DNA of 64,000 nt, taken from contig OX597821.1 in assembly GCA_951406725.2 (NCBI GenBank), positions 6,820,001 to 6,884,000 on the forward strand, given 5' to 3'. The notes under the pieces were generated by a model that was not told the DNA's origin, made no database searches, and saw only the letters and a program-made list of their open reading frames with translations. Source of the stretch: Octopus vulgaris (lineage: Eukaryota). Of this stretch, positions 55,217-64,000 are shown one piece after another (position 1 is the first letter of the stretch; the number at the start of each line of letters is the position of its first letter). The translations under genes were made by a program, and so were the position numbers.

Positions 55217-55328
55217 TGCATGAAATTCTCATCCCTTAATCCAGAGTCATGACTTTCTGCCAATTAATTACTCATACAGACACAGACACACACACACACA
55301 CACACGTGTTTGTGTAAGTGTGTGTATG

Positions 55329-55363
<35 letters not shown>

Positions 55364-55424
55364 ATACATACACATACATACATATACATATACATGTGCA
55401 TGTGTGTGTGTGTGTCTTTGTGTC

Positions 55425-55853
55425 TGACTTTGTCCCTCATCACCGCTTGACAAATGGTGTTGGTATGTTTACATCCCCTTAACTTAGGAGTTCGCCAAAA
55501 TAGACCAATAGAATAAGTACTTGGCTTAAGAAACAGGCCTAAAACACTTCAAAACACTTCAAAACACTTCAAAACACTTCAAGGCGGTGTTCCAGTATGA
55601 CCGCAATGAAATGACTGAAACAAGTAAAAAATATGAGAGAGAGAGAGAGAGAGATTGGGGGAAAAACTGAGAGAGAAAAAGAAAGAGGGAGACCCATACT
55701 CTTTAAAATCGGGAGCAGGATCAAACTCCTCACTGCGTGGCACCTTGGGCAATTGTCTTCCACTATAGCCTCGGGCCGACCAAAGCCTTGTGAGTGGATT
55801 TGGGAGACGGAAACTGAAAGAAGCCCGTCGTATATATGTATGTATATATACAT

Positions 55854-55888
<35 letters not shown>

Positions 55889-55890
55889 TA

Positions 55891-55923
<33 letters not shown>

Positions 55924-56160
55924 CTATATATGTATGTATGTATGTGTGCGTATGTGTTCGTGTGTTTGTCCCGCCAACATCGCTTGACGACCGATGCCTG
56001 GTGTGTTTACATCCCCGTAACTTAGCGGCTCGGCAAAAGACCCCGATAGAATAAGCACTAGGCTTACAAAGGATAAGAGTTGGGGTCGATTTGCGCGAGT
56101 AAATGCGGTGCTCCAGCATGGCCGCAGTCAGATGCCCGAAACAAGCAAATGAATAAAAGA
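55425..56160 (+). mobile_element. two partial SINE family A copies
   Basis: Tail 55425-55630 with (AAAACACTTC)x4 at 55541-55580; 5'-truncated copy 55730-56160. Confidence 0.8.
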
Positions 56161-56535
56161 AAGAATGACGACACACCGAAAACAAAAACGAAAAAAACTA
56201 CAAACATAACAAAACAAAAATGAAGCAAGCCAATACGCAAGAAGGCAAATATGGCAAATGGCATTATCTGTGGCGTTTCTCAACTCTAAGATGAAGAAAT
56301 AGCATTAATGGATTGAATTGTGTTGCGAGATAAACCAGTCTGTTATCGAGAATCCCTTTGTCACTTGTTCAATACACCACGTGACTATATTTACTTATTC
56401 TACACGTCATGTGACTCTGTTGGGATGTCGCCTTCACGAGAAACAGACGACCGTTCTAACCTGATTATCTGCCGCGATTATTGGGTTAAACTAAGATGTC
56501 ATAGAATCGACCACTCGCACCTGCCCGTCGCCGTC

Positions 56536-58260
<1,725 letters not shown>

Positions 58261-58582
58261 TACCAATTTATCTGTTTGTCAGTCGGCCTCTCTATTTAAC
58301 CACGTATTTCTGATTTATGTCAATAAAGTACCAATCAAGCATTAATTGTAATTCATCTCTGTTCTCCATCTCCCTCACCCAATTTCTCTCTCTCTCTTTC
58401 CATCCTCTCTCTCTATCTCTCTCTGTCTCACAATCTATCTCTCTCGTTTATATTGCTTTTCTAATTTCCTGTTTCTGTACAACCAAGAAGAAAAAAGGAA
58501 GGGAAATAACTCTTTTGCAAACATCTTGTAATAGTGTGACCTGTAAACATGCCATTTTTTTATAGGTTTGTGTGTGTGAGTA

Positions 58583-58653
<71 letters not shown>

Positions 58654-58796
58654 ATGTGTGTATGGGTTTATAATGTGTGTGGGTGTGTGTTATATTTACC
58701 CCCCACCTAAAGTGGATGTTTTATTAGAACACATAACACTGCGATAGTTACCATGAAAGCCATCCGCCGTCGTAGATAGAGAGACAGACAGACAGA

Positions 58797-59480
58797 TATG
58801 TTTCTTTATTAGCCACACAGGGCTGCATGCACAGACGGGACAAATTACAAGGTAGAGCTTTTCTTTTTGGGGATAAAAAAAAGGAGTTTGGTTTTCGATC
58901 AAAAGGTATCGTAAAAGGAAAGAAAGAGGAAAGCAAAAAAAAAAAAGGTGGGGTAATAAAAGGAAAAAGAAAAATCGATCAATAGGGATCGTTATCACAG
59001 AAATGTCAATATAAAGTGTAAAGGGGAGGACCGGTGAGGTTTACCCGTGGAAAGAAAAGCCTACGGAAAAGACCACGGTAACCTCGGTCAATGAAGTCAC
59101 ATGTTATATTTTTTTACAAATAAGCAACTCTCTGTATTAATTTTTACGGTTCATAGGATCATGGTCAAGGTGGCTTCGTCATTCATACGTGCCATCCTTG
59201 CTACATTCACCCATCTTTTTTTTAAACATTCACTAGACAAAACTTGCCTCTCTACTCTCACTTTCCTCTTCAAGTGATACTTGAAGAAGTTGATGAGAGA
59301 TTGATTGACCAGAGAGGAAAATGTTTGTCTCTAATCCTCAAACAGGCGGGTCAGGTTCGCCCCAAGATCGTCGTCGTACCTCCCCTCCACTAATCCCCTA
59401 TAGAATGCTTGGGTTGTGTTGAAGTTACTCAAGGTCGACCCGGGACGGCATAGTTGCTTGAGAGCAAAGCGACACTCGAG
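58797..59480 (-). mobile_element. Tx1/L1-type LINE derivative between (GATA/GACA)n tracts
   Basis: Minus 59330-59152 encodes LINFFKYHLKRKVRVERQVLSSECL..RWVNVARM..., resembling a Tx1-type ORF2 C-terminus; 3' UTR ends with AATAAA next to the microsatellite. Confidence 0.6.
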
Positions 59481-59488
59481 AGACAGAC

Positions 59489-59568
<80 letters not shown>

Positions 59569-59578
59569 GGATAGATAG

Positions 59579-59865
59579 ATATGCTTCTTTATTAGCCACA
59601 CAGGGCTGAACTCAAAGGGGAGCTTTTCTCTTTGGGGAGAAAAAAATAAAATAAAATAAAAATAAAAATAAAAAATAAAAAGTTGGGTAGGTTTTCGATC
59701 AAAAGGGATCGTAAAAAGATAGAGAGAGAGAAAACGATCAATAGGGATCATGTATCACAGAAATGTCATGATGTAAAGTGTAAAGAGGGAAGCAGATAAG
59801 GTTTATTCGTGGAAAGAAAAGCCTACGGAAAAGACCACGGTAACCTCGGTCAATAATATCACGTT
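59579..59865 (-). mobile_element. second, 3' UTR-only copy of the same LINE, in (GATA)n
   Basis: Collinear with 58797-59110 (tctttattagccacacagggctg...ggaaagaaaagcctacggaaaagaccacggtaacctcggtcaat). Confidence 0.8.
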
Positions 59866-59880
59866 AACACATTTATTTGC

Positions 59881-59941
<61 letters not shown>

Positions 59942-59962
59942 CTGACAGACAGATAGGCTAAC

Positions 59963-59993
<31 letters not shown>

Positions 59994-59998
59994 GTGAG

Positions 59999-60031
<33 letters not shown>

Positions 60032-61169
60032 AATTGATTGATAGCTATGTATACCCAAAGAATATAAACACCCAGTTAAAAAAATACATCATCCTCAGAA
60101 CTTTCCTCCTGAAATAAATCCGTTGCCTGTTATATGTTTACTGTATCAATCCCAATACCAGCATTTGAGGCCTTTGCTTAGTTGCTCGACGTGATGAGGA
60201 CCACTGATGTTAAAATCCGAAAAATATTCAGTAACACTAGAAATTTATCCATTTGTAATCATATGCCATAGACTGCTTAAACCTACAATGAAGTCACGAA
60301 TGCAAAGATTTAACATTCTATTCAGCTTTTGAATGTCACAACTCACTTCGACATTTAGTAACCGTTAAGTATCGAGCTGCTTCCATGGATCAATTGTACA
60401 TACACGAGGCAGAGAACATCATGAAAAGTGGAAAGGAGCTCGTAAAAAGGCATTTCCAGACGATGTCCGAGATATATATGTATGTATACTGACACCCAAG
60501 TGAGTTAGAGATGATTAGCCGAAAAGCTGTATGCCTATGTAACAGTTGATAGCTGACTGTGTAGGAAGGTTTCAAAATTACAGGAACATGACTAACCAAA
60601 GTTGTTTACAATCGGCTAATGACCGGAATATTAGCTTTCCATTTAAAAGGTAAGCTCTTGTAATCCAGGAACCGGAAATTACAAGTAAATACCTGATGCG
60701 TGAACTAAATACGGATGTAATTAATATGTGCAGATATGACCCAAATCGTACGTAGCGGCTCGAGACTGTCATCTCTACATTATCTGCCGACAAAGTTTGA
60801 TGCCATGGTCGGAACATTATACATTACAACCTGTAGGAAAGGATAATCATGAACAAAAAAATATACATATAAGTTTCTGTGATATGGAGAATATTTATTC
60901 AAAAAATGAAAAAAATGCTGGTGGAATATTCCCGTAAAACCATCAGTAGCAGAATGAAGGCATAGCATATCAGAAATGGTAATACGGAACAGGAAACGAA
61001 ATTCTACTCAGTAACAGAAATAAGATGACTATCAGAGGAAAAAGAAAATATTTATGCTGAATTAAATAGAAATTTGCAGATATTACTCTTGGACGGTATC
61101 TTCAGATTTATATCTTCCCCAACTTTGAAAAATATGCTTTTGCAATTCAAGAACAGGAAATATCAGTAA

Positions 61170-62650
61170 AGTACCTGATGTACAAATGGTACTGGGACGC
61201 AGATAAACATCTATCTGTAAAAACCAATGCAGACTCTGTGGAATCAAGAGACAATGTGGCCCATATTTGCCCATATCATAAGAAGCAACTGTTCGAAAAT
61301 ATCAAGGATATTATGTACCTATGTTCGAGGGGGTACCCAAAAGTAACCAGAAACGTTCTCTGTGGGACAAGCCTAGTGTAGTTCAGGATTCCGCTGCTAG
61401 AATCCACTTGATGCAATCCTCAGGCATCAGTCTGCCGACCGGCGTTGTCGACTGAAGTCGTATTTCCACCTGATGCGTCTTTCTTTTGCAGTGCTTCTCC
61501 TCTGTTCGTCGATTTTTTGCGATGGCTAAAGCGAAGGAACAGCGTGCTTCTGTGAAATTCTGTTTTGTACTGGGGAAAACAGTGGTCGCAACAGTTGTCA
61601 TGCTTCAAGCAGCTTACAAGGAAGCTGACATCAGCAAAACACAAGCTTACGAGCCGTTTTCACGCTTTAAGAACAGACACTTGTCACTTGAAGACCAATC
61701 TCGTTCAGGGCGGCTGTTGACCTCTCGAAGGAATAAAAGCCTAAAAATTCATGAACTGATCTTGGAGGACAGCCGCCAAACAATTGACGAACTTGTTGAT
61801 ATGACTGGTGTTTCCTGGACCTCCTGCCAATGAATTTTGACCGAGGAATTGTGAATGAAAAAAGTTGCAGTAAAATTTATGCCTCGCTTGCTCACAGAAG
61901 ATCAAAAGCAGTTACAACTGAATGCCTGTCATGAACTGAAAGAACAGTTGGAAGTTGATTCGGAACTTTTTACGAAGGTCATCACTGGTGATGAAAGCTG
62001 GTGTTACGGAATTTTCAGCTGTTGAAGAGATGAAGAAAACAACGGAAGCGTTAAAAGGTATCACTTCGTAAGAGTTCCAGAACTGCTTCGAATAGTGGAA
62101 AACGCGTCTGGACAGATGCATTGCTTCAAATGGAGAATACTTTGAAGGCGATAAAAATGTAAACCTGTAAAACTAAGTGGATGAAATGATATTGCAAAAT
62201 GCACAAAGCAATTTGTAGTATGCATAGTCCCGAAGATGAAATACAGGGAGCGGCAGAAATACATCCCACATTTTAAACTTTCATCTATGTGTTGTTAATG
62301 AACTTATGCAAGTGCCAATGATGTTTTCATTTAGCTAATGAACAAAAACTGTAACCCTTTGTTTAAGCATCAGTAAAATTAATTTTTCATAAATGGAGTT
62401 TCTTTTCCTTTTGTCAATCTTTCAAATATGGTAGGTATTTCTGCCCCATCGTGTATAAGAAATTACAGAGACGTAAAAAGTATACAAATACGAAGCAATA
62501 CAATTTGGAATACTGCTTCCAAAATATTTGTTAGATGGAAATACAATAAACCAGATATCGTGATCTGGGATAGTGAAAACAAATTGCATGTAAGAAGGGA
62601 GATCTTTTGTCCAGTAAACATTAACATAATATCAAAGATCTTATAATAAT
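61170..62650 (+). mobile_element. decayed R4/Dong-type non-LTR retrotransposon C-terminus, interrupted by a mariner
   Basis: CRLCG...VAHI-CP zinc-knuckle remnant at 61228-61273; IWN......YNKPDIVIWDSENK.....EIFCPVNINI restriction-like endonuclease motif at 62500-62640. The element may extend upstream towards 60300. Confidence 0.65.
61326..62160 (+). mobile_element. internally deleted mariner pseudogene
   Basis: TIR-like cgagggggtacccaaaagtaacc; MAKAKEQRASVKFCF..., KFMPRLLTEDQK, VITGDESWCYG, then a jump to RLDRCIASNGEYFEGD; stop codons present. Confidence 0.88.
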
Positions 62651-62682
62651 TCTGCTTGTCATTGCGTTACTTAGCCCGTCGG

Positions 62683-63145
62683 TAACGCTTTCATGTGATT
62701 GGAGAAAAAGAGTGAGAAAGAAAAGTGGGAGAGAGAAAAAGAGAGTTAGAGAAGCGTTCATGACATGAGGTAAAGGGAATGTAATTATAACGCTTTCATG
62801 TGATTAGTTGAAGAGAAAGAGAGGAGGAAGAAAAAGGAAAGAGAAAAAGAGAATAAGGTGAAGAGCGAGACAGAAAGAGGGAGAAAGAAAAAGGGGGAGA
62901 AAGAAAAAGGGGAGAAAGAAAAAAGGGAGAGAGAAAAAGAGGGAGAGAGAAACGTCTATGATGTGAGGTAAGGGGAACGTAATATTTATTACGTAGTTAA
63001 TAAAAGTTAGTTGAAGGTAGAGGAGGAGAGTTAAAAATATAACTTTAGCAGAGGGGTAATGTTCTGATGTCCTGGTTAAATAAAGGCAGAGAAGGAGGGG
63101 CGAGAGAGAGAGAGGGGGAGAAAGGGAGAGAGAAAAGGGAGAGAT
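62683..63145. repeat. purine-rich tract with a duplicated unit
   Basis: taacgctttcatgtgatt...tgaggtaa.gggaa.gtaat occurs at 62683-62785 and 62788-62983. Confidence 0.6.
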
Positions 63146-63477
63146 GGTAGTGGTAATTGGATTGTGAAAAGTATATATTTTTTAATTGAACTAAGCTTTT
63201 TATATCACCTGTCACTTAACACAAGTACATAAGTGCAACTCCGTGAAATACGCACGCTTATTTACATGGCAGATATATGCAATTTAACTAAAGGTTGTAT
63301 CATATGTAAGGGATATTTTTTGTTTGTTTATAGGAAAAGTGGAAAAATAAGATTGAATATTTATTTTATTAATGCCGTGTATTGTCTTCCTTATCTACCT
63401 TCTAATAATGGAGCCTTGTAATTTTTGTTAGAAACTGGCTCATTCTATACAGGAATCTTCAAGAAATTTAACATAGA

Positions 63478-63600
63478 TGCAAGCATGGCTGTTTGGTAAG
63501 AAGCTTGTTTCCTAGCCACGTGGTTCGGGGTTCAGTCCCAATGCGTGGCACTTTGGGCAAGTGTCTTCTATGATAGCCTCAAGCCGATCAAAGTTTTGTG
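63478..63600 (+). mobile_element. SINE family A head
   Basis: tggctgtttggtaagaagcttg...ggttcagtccc...ttgggcaagtgtcttcta. Confidence 0.85.
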
Positions 63601-64000
63601 TGTGTGTGTGTGTGTGTGTAAGAAAGCTTTTGGCCAAGTCGCTGATCGTAAGCATTATGCTTTTGAGCAAACCATTACATCACCGAAAGTATCCTTGTTT
63701 CTTTTTTAAATATTAGCATCGTACGATTTCAGTAACATTTGACTGTTATTTCTTTTAGGTCGAACAACCACCTAGAAGTTCTATTATCGAATAAGACTCT
63801 CTCTTTCATCCTGGGAAGGGGAAGAATTATGCCTTCTTTTAATGGGAATCAACGCCCCCACCCAAAAAAAAAAACTCTTCGATATCCATACATCCATCAA
63901 CCTTTCTTCTCCGCCCATTATTCTTGGCAAAGCCGTGGGGTTAGAGGCTTCAGACACCTTCTCCATAGGGATAGGGTCTTATCAGAAGCAACCGTCAATA

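Noticed and set aside
55541-55580. (AAAACACTTC)x4 and other short tandem arrays as CRISPR-like or telomeric repeats
   Set aside because: No spacers, eukaryotic context, and the array is a local slippage inside a SINE.

Overview
AT-rich, microsatellite-saturated eukaryotic DNA. The repeat families look like those of an octopus (coleoid cephalopod) genome; this is an inference from recognition of the SINE families, not a database result. I found no intact host protein-coding gene: nearly all listed ORFs are translations of simple repeats or SINEs. Interspersed content: about 20 copies or fragments of a tRNA-derived SINE with an internal microsatellite (family A); two other tRNA-SINE types; a near full-length mariner (14309-15593) and two decayed mariners; hAT-type MITEs; two non-autonomous Helitrons; and fragments of RTE, Tx1/L1 and R4/Dong LINEs. 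The most striking signal is a set of about 10 minimal type I hammerhead ribozyme (HHR) motifs, several with variant cores. Most sit in short non-coding elements inserted into (TA)n tracts. A recurrent head-to-head fold-back architecture accompanies them, and one fold-back arm ends exactly at the predicted self-cleavage site. One HHR caps a roughly 140-nt rod. A three-copy family carries hammerhead core strands in a non-canonical order. Together these point to a diverse population of Penelope-like-element (PLE) or retrozyme-type ribozyme elements that use microsatellites as landing sites.
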